Counted from the stretch's first letter, positions 48,472 to 57,747 are shown. The stretch is 64,000 nt of DNA from Gemmatimonadota bacterium (GCA_040389905.1 JAZJZK010000008.1:96001-160000), one strand, 5' to 3'. Made by a program: numbers and translations. The notes: generated from the letters alone by a model not told the origin.

Positions 48472-48840
48472 CTATAGTCCCATGTAGGCGCGCACGCGCG
48501 GCTCGATGCGATCCGGGCTCCACATTGGCGCCCACACGAGGTTCACGGTGACCGTCCCGACCCCTGGGATCGCCTTCAACATGCGCTCCGCGTCTCCCAT
48601 GATTTCCGGTCCGCTCGGACAGCCCGGTGATGTGAGCGACATGTCCACCTCGACATCGTTCTCGTTCACGACCCGCACGTCGTAGACCAGTCCCAGGTCG
48701 ACAATGTTGAGGTTGAGGTCGGGGTCCTTCACTTTCCGCAGTGCGAGCTTGGCCTGACCGAGACTGAACTCGGAAAACGCCGCGCCACTGCCGGGAGCGT
48801 TCTCCGGCGCTGCTGCCTCGGATATCGTTTCGTCCGTCAT
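48472..48840 (-). CDS. DUF59 metal-sulfur cluster assembly factor (SufT/PaaD-like)
   Basis: VKDPDL.LNIVDLGLVY, MSLTSPGCP, LVWAPMWSPD. Confidence 0.92.
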   Translation of the reverse strand: MTDETISEAAAPENAPGSGAAFSEFSLGQAKLALRKVKDPDLNLNIVDLGLVYDVRVVNENDVEVDMSLTSPGCPSGPEIMGDAERMLKAIPGVGTVTVNLVWAPMWSPDRIEPRVRAYMGL

Positions 48841-48917
48841 TCGATGTCACTCCTTCCGTTTCCGGAGTATCATCACGCGGCGTCGTAACGGCAATCCATT
48901 CGTCGGAGCTTCCCTGC

Positions 48918-50171
48918 ATGACTTCTTTTCGCGCGCTCGTTGCGGCAGCGCTTCGTGCACTACGTGACGGATGGATCGTCGTCGGGCTGTCATTCGCGCT
49001 GCTGGTCGCGATCGAGGCGGTCTATCGCTCGCAGAGTGCAGCCCGGCTCGCCATCGGCCGCCGGCTACACCCAGCGCCGCCAGAACCACCGAATCCCTTC
49101 GACCGAACTCCATGGGCGGCGGCATACTCTCTCGATGAACCGCTCGAGGGGCACCTCCTCTGGAAACCGTACGTCTACCTGCGGAATCCCTCGTTTACCG
49201 GTCGCGTCGTGTCGGTCGATACGGCGGGGCACCGAACGACGACCCAGACGCTTCGCACGGGGACGAAGCCGCTCGACGTCTATTTCTTCGGCGGTTCGAC
49301 CGCGTGGGGCTGGTTGCAGCGCGATTCCTTCACCATCGCATCCGAGATGGCGCGCCGGTTTTCGAGTGCCAATGTTCGGGTCACCAATTTCGGCGTTCCC
49401 GGATTCGTATTCACGCAGGAGTTGCTCGAGCTCCAGCTGCAGCTTCGTGCTGGACACGTGCCCGATGTCGTGGTGTTCTACGATGGTGTGAACGACGTCT
49501 GGGCGACACTACAGGACGATGTCGCCGGGCTCACGGAGAACGAAGCGAACCGCGCGCGCGATTTTGCCGAGGGCCGGCGTCGGGTCGCAGACAGTGTCCA
49601 CGGTGTGTTTAGTGACGTGAAGGCGCTGGGCCGCGCCGGTCTCGTACTCGGTGACCGTCTTCGCTTCGTAAAGCGGCTCCGAGGCCGCCGCCCGCCATAC
49701 CCAGCGCGCATTTCGGCAGACTCGGCGACGAACAGCACCTGGCACGTGTACGCCGAAACCGCGCGGATCGCGGAGTCCCTCGCGCAGAGGTACGGGTTCA
49801 CGATTGTCTACGTGTGGCAACCGTCGCTCTTGTCCTCGCGAAAGCGACAGACGGCTCGAGAGGGGTGGCTCGTGGGCGACTTTGCCGATAGCGTGTTCGG
49901 AACGCGATTCCGCGATGTCATGCTGGCGATTCCCGCGCCGCTCACGCGCGAAATGGCGAACGTCGCGCCCGGCCGGTTTCTCGATCTCACCACGCTTTTC
50001 GACCGCGACACCGGCGAAGTCTACGTCGACGTGTACGGCCACACGTATGAGTCGGCCAACCCAGTGCTGGTGGAGGCAATGCGTCCGCTCTTGTCGAGCG
50101 CGATCGCCGACTCGAGTGCGCGAACAGCGCGTCGCAAATGGCTGGACGCGGGGCTACCGCGCCGCAACTAG
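48918..50171 (+). CDS. membrane-anchored SGNH/GDSL hydrolase-like protein
   Basis: N-terminal TM; FGGSTAWG (block I), NFGVPG (II), YDGVND (III), DVYGH (V). Confidence 0.85.
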   Translation: MTSFRALVAAALRALRDGWIVVGLSFALLVAIEAVYRSQSAARLAIGRRLHPAPPEPPNPFDRTPWAAAYSLDEPLEGHLLWKPYVYLRNPSFTGRVVSVDTAGHRTTTQTLRTGTKPLDVYFFGGSTAWGWLQRDSFTIASEMARRFSSANVRVTNFGVPGFVFTQELLELQLQLRAGHVPDVVVFYDGVNDVWATLQDDVAGLTENEANRARDFAEGRRRVADSVHGVFSDVKALGRAGLVLGDRLRFVKRLRGRRPPYPARISADSATNSTWHVYAETARIAESLAQRYGFTIVYVWQPSLLSSRKRQTAREGWLVGDFADSVFGTRFRDVMLAIPAPLTREMANVAPGRFLDLTTLFDRDTGEVYVDVYGHTYESANPVLVEAMRPLLSSAIADSSARTARRKWLDAGLPRRN

Positions 50172-51532
50172 CGCTTCTTCTTCGTGGTGGCGACGGGCTT
50201 CTTTTTCGTCGAGGTCGACTTGGTGGACTTGGCCTTCGAGGACGGTGACGAGCTCTTCGTCCGCTTTCCCTTGCGCGCGCGCGCGGTGCGGACCGGCCTG
50301 TTCCACCCCACCGCCTTGTCGGCGCGGAACTGCCTCGGCATCGCGATCGGGCCGCCGGCAACATCAGTGACGGCGAGGGCCGCCGCGTCTGCGAGATCGG
50401 CGCGAACGTCCGAGATGACCTTCGCCGGCCGACGAGCCTTGGCGGCGTGCACGCGGTTCGTCAGAAGGATGACGAACATCTCGCGCTCCGGATCGATCCA
50501 CAGCGAGGTGCCGGTATAGCCCGTGTGTCCGTACGCATCGGCGCCCATGTACTTGCCACAGCCACCGGTGCCGGCGCAGGTGTCCCACCCAAGCGCGCGC
50601 GTCCCCGCGGCCCGTCTGGTGAAGAGCTGGACCGTGGTATCGGCAACGATGCGCGTGCCGTTGTAGCTCCCGCCGTTCAGCAGCATCTGTGCGAACACCG
50701 ACAAATCGGTCACGGTGCTGAACAAGCCCGCGTGGCCGGCCACGCCACCAAGGGCGTAGGCATTCTCGTCGTGCACCTCACCGCGCAGGGGATATCCGCG
50801 TGGAGGCGTAATTTCCGTTGGTGCGATACGTCCGCGAAGCGAGGCATCGGGACGGAAGTGCGTGTCGGTCATTCCGAGCGGCGTGAACACGCGCGCCTGA
50901 AGGAATTCGTCGAGCTTTTCGCCGGTGATGGCCTCGACCGCGAAGCCCAGCATATCGGCGCCCAGGTCGGAGTACTCGTAGTACTGGCCGGGGTTGGCGA
51001 ACAGGTTGGTGGAAATGACCGCGGCGCGCGCTTCCTCGGGTGTGTGCGCGACACGCCAGAGGTCACGCCCTGCGGGCAGGCCGGAACGATGCTCCAGCAG
51101 CATGCGAATCGTGACGTTCTCCTTGCCACCGCCGACGAACTCCGGGATGTACATCGACACCCGATCGTCGAGTGAGAGCTTTCCCTCGTCGAACAGGAGC
51201 ATCACCGCTGTGGTCGTGCCGACGACCTTCGTCAGCGACGCGAGGTCGTAGATGGTACGTTCGGCGACGACCGGTCCAGATTCCTCCGTCCAGCCGAGTC
51301 GTCCAAAGCCCTTTTCCCAGACCGTGGCACCCTTGCGACCGACGACGACCGATGCACCGGGATATCCGCCGGCCTTCAGTCCGCGTTCGATGACTCGATC
51401 GATCGTGGCGAGACGGGCCGCGGACATGCCAACAGCGGAGGGCAGCTTGGCGGGCAGCCCTTCGCTTCCCACGGTGCTGTGCGCCGGTGGGACTGGATGA
51501 ATGAACGCAGCAGCCAACAAGAGGCTCAGCAA
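50168..51532 (-). CDS. secreted serine hydrolase, beta-lactamase/AmiE-like family
   Basis: Signal peptide; ASLTK (SxxK), LLEHRSG, YSD, VHDENA, GHAGLF, GHTGYTGT; Lys/Ser-rich tail. Confidence 0.93.
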   Translation of the reverse strand: MLSLLLAAAFIHPVPPAHSTVGSEGLPAKLPSAVGMSAARLATIDRVIERGLKAGGYPGASVVVGRKGATVWEKGFGRLGWTEESGPVVAERTIYDLASLTKVVGTTTAVMLLFDEGKLSLDDRVSMYIPEFVGGGKENVTIRMLLEHRSGLPAGRDLWRVAHTPEEARAAVISTNLFANPGQYYEYSDLGADMLGFAVEAITGEKLDEFLQARVFTPLGMTDTHFRPDASLRGRIAPTEITPPRGYPLRGEVHDENAYALGGVAGHAGLFSTVTDLSVFAQMLLNGGSYNGTRIVADTTVQLFTRRAAGTRALGWDTCAGTGGCGKYMGADAYGHTGYTGTSLWIDPEREMFVILLTNRVHAAKARRPAKVISDVRADLADAAALAVTDVAGGPIAMPRQFRADKAVGWNRPVRTARARKGKRTKSSSPSSKAKSTKSTSTKKKPVATTKKKR

Positions 51533-51740
51533 CGCGATACTCCTTTACGGCGGAGACTGACGTCCCCATGTGGGGACACTATAGCAGGAGGCGTGCTCGG
51601 GCTGGTAGGAAATAGCCCGTTTATCGTACGTACAGTTAGATGAGGCCGTTGTTCCGCATACACCTTGAAATCTCGACGAGTCAAAAGGCGAACTGGTAAC
51701 GACGCCCGCTGAGAGCTGACCGCTGACAAGCTGTTAACTG

Positions 51741-52017
51741 GGGATGAGCTCGAGCCCGAGCCAACCGCGTGCTTGGCCGCGGGCCGGGGCTACGGCTCGG
51801 GCCCGGGCCTACCTGCAGGCTGGGGCTCTGGGCTCGGGCTCAAGCCTTCAGCCTGCAGACAACAGGCAAGTCCAGCCACGTCCATGTCGGTCGTCCGGCC
51901 CACGCCCAAGCACAGGCCAAAGCCCGGGCCTGAAGGTCAGCCCCCAACCCAGGCCGTAGCCCAAGCCCGCGGCCAAGCCCGCAGTTGGCTCGGGCTCGAG
52001 CTCGAGCTCACCATCCC
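51741..52017. repeat. long (about 280 bp) imperfect palindrome built from GAGCCC/GGGCTC-like hexamers
   Basis: Left arm GAGCTCGAGCCCGAGCCAACCGCGTGCTTGGCCGCGGGC...GGGCTACGGC pairs with GCCGTAGCCC...GCCCGCGGCCAAGCCCGCAGTTGGCTCGGGCTCGAGCTC; ends GGGATG / CATCCC. Confidence 0.85.
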
Positions 52018-52087
52018 TTCGAGGATGAGTAGAAACCGATCGACTGCAAATTCCGTAGGTTCACTCTCAATCAAGCATCAAGTTTGA

Positions 52088-52114
52088 TGCAACCCTTTGG
52101 GGTGGCCCTCGTGA
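52088..52114 (+). promoter_or_regulatory. putative ECF-type autoregulatory promoter
   Basis: TGCAAC, 16 nt, CGTGA: the AAC-N16-CGT pattern, about 20 nt before ATG 52132. Confidence 0.5.
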
Positions 52115-52131
52115 CAAATGAGTTGGACGTC

Positions 52132-52722
52132 ATGGAGAATGAACAGCTTACGGTACAGCGCGCCATCACTGGCGATCAAGCGGCCATGCGAGCCCTCTGG
52201 ACTCGGCATGCACCGCACATTGATGTCGTCGTCAGGCGGCTCGTTGGGCACGACCCCGATCTTGCCGCCGACGTTGCGCAGGAAGTCTGGATTCAGATAT
52301 TCCGGGCGCTGCCGACCTTCCGCGGAGACGCGCAGTTCGGAACGTGGGCGCATCGAATCGCTGTCAACCGCACGCTCAATGCACTGAGAAAGACCAAGCG
52401 ATCAGCGGCGCTGGAGGTGGAAGTGGACGATGAAAGCGCTTCCGTAGAACCCGAAGCAGAACGGGCGCTGCTGGCGTCCTCGATCGAGGATGCCGCGAAC
52501 AAGCTGTCGCCCGGCGCGCGAACGGTGTTCCTGCTGCACGACGTCGAGGGTTTCACGCACGAGGAGATTGCCGACCAGCTGGGCATTACGGCGGGCGGCT
52601 CCAAATCGCAACTTTTCAAGGCGCGCGCGAAGCTGCGCGTTCTTCTAGCTCACCTGGTCGATGCACCCATACGACACACGATTCGCACGAATACCGGGGA
52701 ACATGCTGCACCTGCATACTGA
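52132..52722 (+). CDS. ECF RNA polymerase sigma factor
   Basis: GDQAA, DVAQEVW, FGTWAHRIAVN, VFLLHDVEGFTHEEIA, SKSQLFKAR. Confidence 0.95.
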   Translation: MENEQLTVQRAITGDQAAMRALWTRHAPHIDVVVRRLVGHDPDLAADVAQEVWIQIFRALPTFRGDAQFGTWAHRIAVNRTLNALRKTKRSAALEVEVDDESASVEPEAERALLASSIEDAANKLSPGARTVFLLHDVEGFTHEEIADQLGITAGGSKSQLFKARAKLRVLLAHLVDAPIRHTIRTNTGEHAAPAY

Positions 52723-53416
52723 ACGACTCGCCGCGTTGAGCGACGAACCGGCGACGCCAGAGGAAGCCGCGCATCTCGCGAGTTGCGACGTCTGTGCGCT
52801 CGAGTTGCACGCGTACGAGTCGTTGTTGGCCATGGCGGCCTCGGAGCGCGATTCTTTCGGTTTGCCATTGACGCGGTGGGATGCCATCTCCGCGGCACTG
52901 CAGACGGAACCATTGGTTGTTTCGGCACCGGCGCAGGTGCGCGCACCCAACCGGCGCATGCTGCAGATTGCGGCCGGCCTGCTACTCGTCGCCGGCGGTG
53001 CGATACTCGGGCGCGTGTCCGCCGGCGCAAACGCGCTTCCTGACGGGAATGCCTCGCTGGCGAGTACCTCGTCAGGCGTCACGCGAACCAACTCCATCCC
53101 TACCGATTCCATCGCGTTCAGGACGCTTGATGAGGCGCGCATGGCGCAACAGCGGTCCGAAGCGATTTACCAGCAGTCCACGGCGTTTCTCGCCCGCTAC
53201 GACACGAGTGGTGCGGTCGTCGGGAGCCCCGTAGCGTATCGCTCCCGTCTTGCGGCGCTCGACCAGATGCTCAACACCACGCGCGAAGCCATGCGCGACG
53301 TTCCGCACGACCCCGTCATCAACGGCTACTATCTCACTACGTTGGGTCAGCGCGAGGCCACCTTGCGGCAGATCAACACCGCGCTGCCCGCGTCGCTCCG
53401 CGTGAACAGCTTCTAA
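52703..53416 (+). CDS. zinc-binding anti-sigma factor (ZAS)
   Basis: HLASCDVC (HxxxCxxC), TM helix LQIAAGLLLVAGG, C-terminal helical domain; overlaps the sigma 3' end. Confidence 0.85.
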   Translation: MLHLHTERLAALSDEPATPEEAAHLASCDVCALELHAYESLLAMAASERDSFGLPLTRWDAISAALQTEPLVVSAPAQVRAPNRRMLQIAAGLLLVAGGAILGRVSAGANALPDGNASLASTSSGVTRTNSIPTDSIAFRTLDEARMAQQRSEAIYQQSTAFLARYDTSGAVVGSPVAYRSRLAALDQMLNTTREAMRDVPHDPVINGYYLTTLGQREATLRQINTALPASLRVNSF

Positions 53417-54720
53417 TGTCTGATATTCGCTTTCCGCTGTCCGCCGTGCACGATCCGGCGTCCGCGATCCGGCATCCACTATCACACGGCGAGTGGACCG
53501 GCCGTGGATCCATCGCCCTGTCGGTGGCATTCGTCATCGCAGCGGCTGCGTTGCCCGTCGAGGCGCAGCAGCGCGTCGAGGTGACCACACGTGCCAGGGC
53601 GCCCCGCGCCGAGGCCGGTGATTCCACGGACCTTCAGGTTCGGCGTCTTCAGCGCCAGCTCGATTCGCTCACGCGCACGATTACGGAAGACGGTGATCTC
53701 ACGAGCGCCGATCGTCGCCGGGTGGAGACGGAGATCGGGAGTGCCCTCCGGCGGCTCCAGGACCTGACGCGCACGGAACAACAGGTCGAAGCGATGGCGC
53801 GCGTCGGTGAGATGCGCATTCGACTGATGCCGCCGAATGCAGACCGCGTATCCACGGAGATGTCGCGGGCGCTGATGCAGGTCCAGGAGGCGCAGTCCGC
53901 CCTGCCGCGAGGATGGATCGGGCTCGAGGTGCAGGGGGCGGCGCTGCCGCCGCGCATCGTTCACGGGGAGTATGTCATCCACTATATGTCGTATCCGCGG
54001 GTCATCTCCGTCGAGCCGAACTCGCCGGCGGAACGCGCTGGGCTGACCCTCAATGACACGCTGATTGCGTATGACAGTCGCGAGGTGCGGGGCAACGATA
54101 TTTCGCTCACACGGCTGTTGATTCCGAACGCGCGATTGAACGTGCGCGTGCGTCGCGATGGAAAGCTTCGCGACTTTCCGGTGACGGTGGCGGCGGCTCC
54201 GTCGCGCGTCACGCTGCGCCGCGGCGATGAGGTGCAGGAGATGAGCGGCGCCTGGATTGTGGCCGGTGTGCCAGACGCGCCGGGTTTCCCGCGCATGGCT
54301 CCGCCAACGCCCACGGCCGCTGGCGGCATGCGCGCGGTTCGCACGCAACGGCCAGAAGGCGCGCCGCAACCGCAACTCCCCGCGATTGCGCCTGCCGCGC
54401 CGACACCGCGGGCCGGCGTGATGTTCACCTTCTCCAACAGCGGTGTCGCGGGCGCGCAGCTCGTCAGCATCACGGAAAACATGGGCAAGGCGATCGGCGT
54501 GGCGTCGGGTGTCTTCGTGACCGCCGCGCCGCCGAGCTCACCCGCCGCGGAATCCGGTCTGCTCGATGGCGATGTGATCGTCAAGGTGAACGGTCAGACG
54601 ATCCAGACAGTCGCGCACCTCCGCGGCATCATTGGATCGGCGTCGGAGAATGGCGAACGATCTGCCGAACTCGAGATCGTCAGGCAGAAGAAGACGCAGC
54701 GGCTGACACTCAAGTGGTAG
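53416..54720 (+). CDS. exported coiled-coil plus two-PDZ-domain protein (no protease domain)
   Basis: Signal h-region ending VEA/QQ; GWIGL...VEPNSPAERAGL..ND; PPSSPAAESGLLDGDVIVKVNG; TAATG coupling. Confidence 0.85.
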   Translation: MSDIRFPLSAVHDPASAIRHPLSHGEWTGRGSIALSVAFVIAAAALPVEAQQRVEVTTRARAPRAEAGDSTDLQVRRLQRQLDSLTRTITEDGDLTSADRRRVETEIGSALRRLQDLTRTEQQVEAMARVGEMRIRLMPPNADRVSTEMSRALMQVQEAQSALPRGWIGLEVQGAALPPRIVHGEYVIHYMSYPRVISVEPNSPAERAGLTLNDTLIAYDSREVRGNDISLTRLLIPNARLNVRVRRDGKLRDFPVTVAAAPSRVTLRRGDEVQEMSGAWIVAGVPDAPGFPRMAPPTPTAAGGMRAVRTQRPEGAPQPQLPAIAPAAPTPRAGVMFTFSNSGVAGAQLVSITENMGKAIGVASGVFVTAAPPSSPAAESGLLDGDVIVKVNGQTIQTVAHLRGIIGSASENGERSAELEIVRQKKTQRLTLKW

Positions 54721-54824
54721 CGGACGCGCTGAAGAAAGCGCTGTAGGCGCAGCGGCCAGCGCGTTCGCTCGCGCTCACTTGACCGCTCACTCGCTTGCGC
54801 TCGTCGGACGCGAGCTGCCGCCCG

Positions 54825-55970
54825 TTAGATCCCGCCGAGTATCACGTCGAATTGCCGTGTGATGGCGTCGCGGACGGCATCGGGGATTGAAAATGCTGCG
54901 ACGAAAGCAGCTCGCGGATCTGGCGGCGCGTTTCGGCCCGCCTGCTGTAGGTAGTAGCGCATATAACCCGGCGCCGCGAGCGGACTCACCCGCTCCAGCA
55001 ACAGCGCTCCCGCGCGCACCGCGGCGGCCTGTGCGTAGCGCGTCGTCAGTCCAGCGCGCTGATCGGCGGGCGTGGTGTTGTCGGTGATCGCGGTGTTTGC
55101 CACGTTGCCGGTGACCTCATGCGCCATCACGTAGAGCACAACCTCTGATTCGGCGGTCGTCTCCGGCGCGGGGACGGCCACGGCGTTGTTGGACTTGGTG
55201 AACTGCACCGTCCGCCCCTCGCCTCCCAGCGGAAGGGAGAGATACACCTCGCCGTTCTGTTGTTGCGTGTTGTTCAGGAAGCGTTGAAGGGCGGGCCGCC
55301 ATTGGCGCTGCCAGAGTGAATCGACGTGGCGCGTCACTGCGGCGTGCGCGGTGGTTTCCGAGAGCCAGAAGTCGTGATAGAACTTGCGGCTCTCATCATC
55401 GGCCGACTCGGTGAGGAGCCGCAGCCACTCGCGATCGGCGGCGGATTGAAACGCGCCGCCAAGCACGGCGAGATACATCCGCATGGTGGGATCGTTGCTG
55501 GCGCCAGGATTCCCACCCGACCGCACGAACAGGTCGATCGCCTGGCGCATCTGTTCCCACGATGCGAAGTACATCGGGACAAACTGGCCATTCGTCGCGA
55601 GCGACGGCTCGACGTTGATTCGCGCGACCAGCTTGTCACGATTGGCGTCGAGCAACGAGGTGATGTTGCGTTGCCGCCGCACGCCGGCGATTCGATCGCG
55701 ATAGCCGCGCTTGAAGTACGGCACGAGGGTCGTGTCGGGGGCCAGCATGGCGTAGGCGTGCAGCCAAAGGTCCACATGCTCACGGGAGCGCGTGGGCCAG
55801 GTAGTTTGAATGAGCGGAGCGGGAGCGGCCGGCGGATTGTTCGAGCCCGTGACAGGTCCCGATGCCGGCGTCGGCGTTGGTGTTGGCGTAGCGGTCACAC
55901 CGCCGCAGGCGGATGCGAGCGCCAATACGGTGGCGGACGCGAGTCGGATGATTCGAAGGGTCGTGCTCAT
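54825..55970 (-). CDS. hypothetical lipoprotein
   Basis: Lipobox LASAC, Pro/Thr-rich linker, globular domain with YVMAHEVTG. Start set at ATG 55970. Confidence 0.75.
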   Translation of the reverse strand: MSTTLRIIRLASATVLALASACGGVTATPTPTPTPASGPVTGSNNPPAAPAPLIQTTWPTRSREHVDLWLHAYAMLAPDTTLVPYFKRGYRDRIAGVRRQRNITSLLDANRDKLVARINVEPSLATNGQFVPMYFASWEQMRQAIDLFVRSGGNPGASNDPTMRMYLAVLGGAFQSAADREWLRLLTESADDESRKFYHDFWLSETTAHAAVTRHVDSLWQRQWRPALQRFLNNTQQQNGEVYLSLPLGGEGRTVQFTKSNNAVAVPAPETTAESEVVLYVMAHEVTGNVANTAITDNTTPADQRAGLTTRYAQAAAVRAGALLLERVSPLAAPGYMRYYLQQAGRNAPPDPRAAFVAAFSIPDAVRDAITRQFDVILGGI

Positions 55971-56144
55971 AGCGGATGAGAAAGGGAGGTCATTGGCGCC
56001 CGCTACTTCCGCAAATCGGGGTCCGTCATACGAAAGGTCAGTGCCCCAATCCAGGCTGCATCTCGAGGTAAGGACCATCTCGTGAAAACGAGTTTCTTGT
56101 TTGTTGTGAGAGAAGCCCGACTTGGCGCACCAATCGCCTGTAAT

Positions 56145-56834
56145 TCAGCTCCCCCCGGCACTCCGCCCGCACGTCACACAGAACTTCCACCCACGCTCCA
56201 ACTCGCTTCCGCACGCCGGACAATGCGAGACCGTGAGATCCTGGCCGCAGTGCGGGCAGAACGCGATCTCACGCCCAGGGGGGAGCGCACCCTTGCAAAA
56301 GGCGCAATTCTCCCCGTCCTCCGGTACCGTCATCGGCCTCGTGGCGCGGCGCGGCGCACTCGAGACCGAGGCGCTACCTCGCGGCTCCGTCACCGATGCC
56401 GGCGTTCCGGTGGACGATGGCGTGCCGCCTCGAATCGGTGTCGGGATGGCGCCACGGCTGATCGTATGGCCGGACGACCCCGCCGCCGGCGTCGGACTAT
56501 CCAACCGCTGCAACGCTTCCGGCGCGAGTGCCACATGCTCGTTACCAAAGTCACGAATCCGCGCCGTATCCGGCGCCGACGTCGCGCGCTCGGCGGTGAG
56601 TTGGTCGCGCATGCGATCGTCGATCACCAGGTAGCCGTTCGCGCCAGAGAGCAGCTCGAGCAGGGTATGCTCGTAGTCCTGGTTGGTCTCGAGCCCGAGT
56701 TCCCGACGGTGCAGCCGGTACGGGAGAATGGTCTGGTACAGTTCACCCACCTGAAACGGCTGCGTCAGGTACTGCGGGAAGCTCGCGCGAATCGTCCGCA
56801 CGAGGTGCCGGTACATACGTTCGACATCAGTCAT
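56145..56834 (-). CDS. zinc-ribbon domain protein
   Basis: C-terminal CAFC, CPHC, CPAC, CVTC (double zinc ribbon); N-terminal helical domain (PYRLHRREL..ETNQDYE). Confidence 0.85.
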   Translation of the reverse strand: MTDVERMYRHLVRTIRASFPQYLTQPFQVGELYQTILPYRLHRRELGLETNQDYEHTLLELLSGANGYLVIDDRMRDQLTAERATSAPDTARIRDFGNEHVALAPEALQRLDSPTPAAGSSGHTISRGAIPTPIRGGTPSSTGTPASVTEPRGSASVSSAPRRATRPMTVPEDGENCAFCKGALPPGREIAFCPHCGQDLTVSHCPACGSELERGWKFCVTCGRSAGGS

Positions 56835-56852
56835 GGCACCCTTTGCGTGAAA

Positions 56853-57083
56853 TCAATGCGGCGCGTTTGCTTTGTGAATCGCGGATTCAATCGAATCCTG
56901 CCGCGCCTGCTGCAGCTGTTCGATCACCTGCTGTCGTTTGAGGTGGTCATCCTTCACTTTATATACCCCGACGATTTCCAACGCCCGCTGCTTGAGACTC
57001 GGGCCGCCGGACTCGCCCTGACGGTAACCCACGGTGTAGCCCGTGGTGGCGCCTACGAGGAAGATGATCGCGAGTCGAAACAT
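56853..57083 (-). CDS. small membrane-anchored hypothetical protein
   Basis: GAGG RBS before ATG 57083; N-terminal hydrophobic FRLAIIFLVGATTGYTVGY. Confidence 0.7.
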   Translation of the reverse strand: MFRLAIIFLVGATTGYTVGYRQGESGGPSLKQRALEIVGVYKVKDDHLKRQQVIEQLQQARQDSIESAIHKANAPH

Positions 57084-57111
57084 GCGGTCCTCAGAGGTTC
57101 GTGAAACGTGA

Positions 57112-57747
57112 TTAGCCGGGAGACACCGGCCGGGTGCGGGGAAGGGGGCGTGCGGCGACAAACTGCCGTGCTGCGGGGAACGGTGCGGGTTCGACGACCA
57201 CTCGCTTCTTGCTGCGTTGGGCGGCGAACCAGCTATCGAATTCCGACGAGCGTGCGCCTAAGGATGATGTCTGCTCCCTGGCGGCCGCAACCGCAAGATC
57301 ATTCGCATATTCGTTCTGCGGATGGCCGGCATGGCCGCGGACCCACTGCCATTGCACGCGATGCGCTGTCGCGACGTCGACGAGCTCCTGCCACAGTTCC
57401 AGATTCTCGATCGTGCCCTCGCGACGCCGCCATCCGCGCGCGGCCCAGCCGTGGACCCATTCGGTCATCCCCTTGACGAGATACTGCGAATCACTCGTGA
57501 AGACGACGCGGAAGCGTCCGCCCTTGCGGCCAATGACGCGGAACGCCTCGATCGCGCTGCGCAATGCCATCCGATTGTTGGTCGTCGCGGGTTCGGAGAT
57601 CCAATAGTCCCACCGCGTCAGCCGTTCCGTGGCCTCGCTCAAGTACTCGATGACGCCGGCCGCGCCGCCGGGGTTCTGGCCTTCGCGACCATTGCCGAGG
57701 CACGATTCGTCGGCGTAGATGGCGACGAGCGGCAACTCGTCGCTCAC
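57112..57747 (-). CDS. rnhA: ribonuclease HI with an atypical active site
   Basis: YADESCLGN, NPGG, TTNNRM, TSDSQYLVKGMTEW..GW..RGW, ENLELWQ, WVRGHAGHPQNE. Confidence 0.9.
   Translation of the reverse strand: MSDELPLVAIYADESCLGNGREGQNPGGAAGVIEYLSEATERLTRWDYWISEPATTNNRMALRSAIEAFRVIGRKGGRFRVVFTSDSQYLVKGMTEWVHGWAARGWRRREGTIENLELWQELVDVATAHRVQWQWVRGHAGHPQNEYANDLAVAAAREQTSSLGARSSEFDSWFAAQRSKKRVVVEPAPFPAARQFVAARPLPRTRPVSPG

Noticed and set aside
51680..51960. Possible c-di-GMP riboswitch (GGCGAAC / CAAAGCCCGGGCCTGAA-like words)
   Set aside because: The elements are not in the required order or spacing; the region is better explained by the long palindrome.
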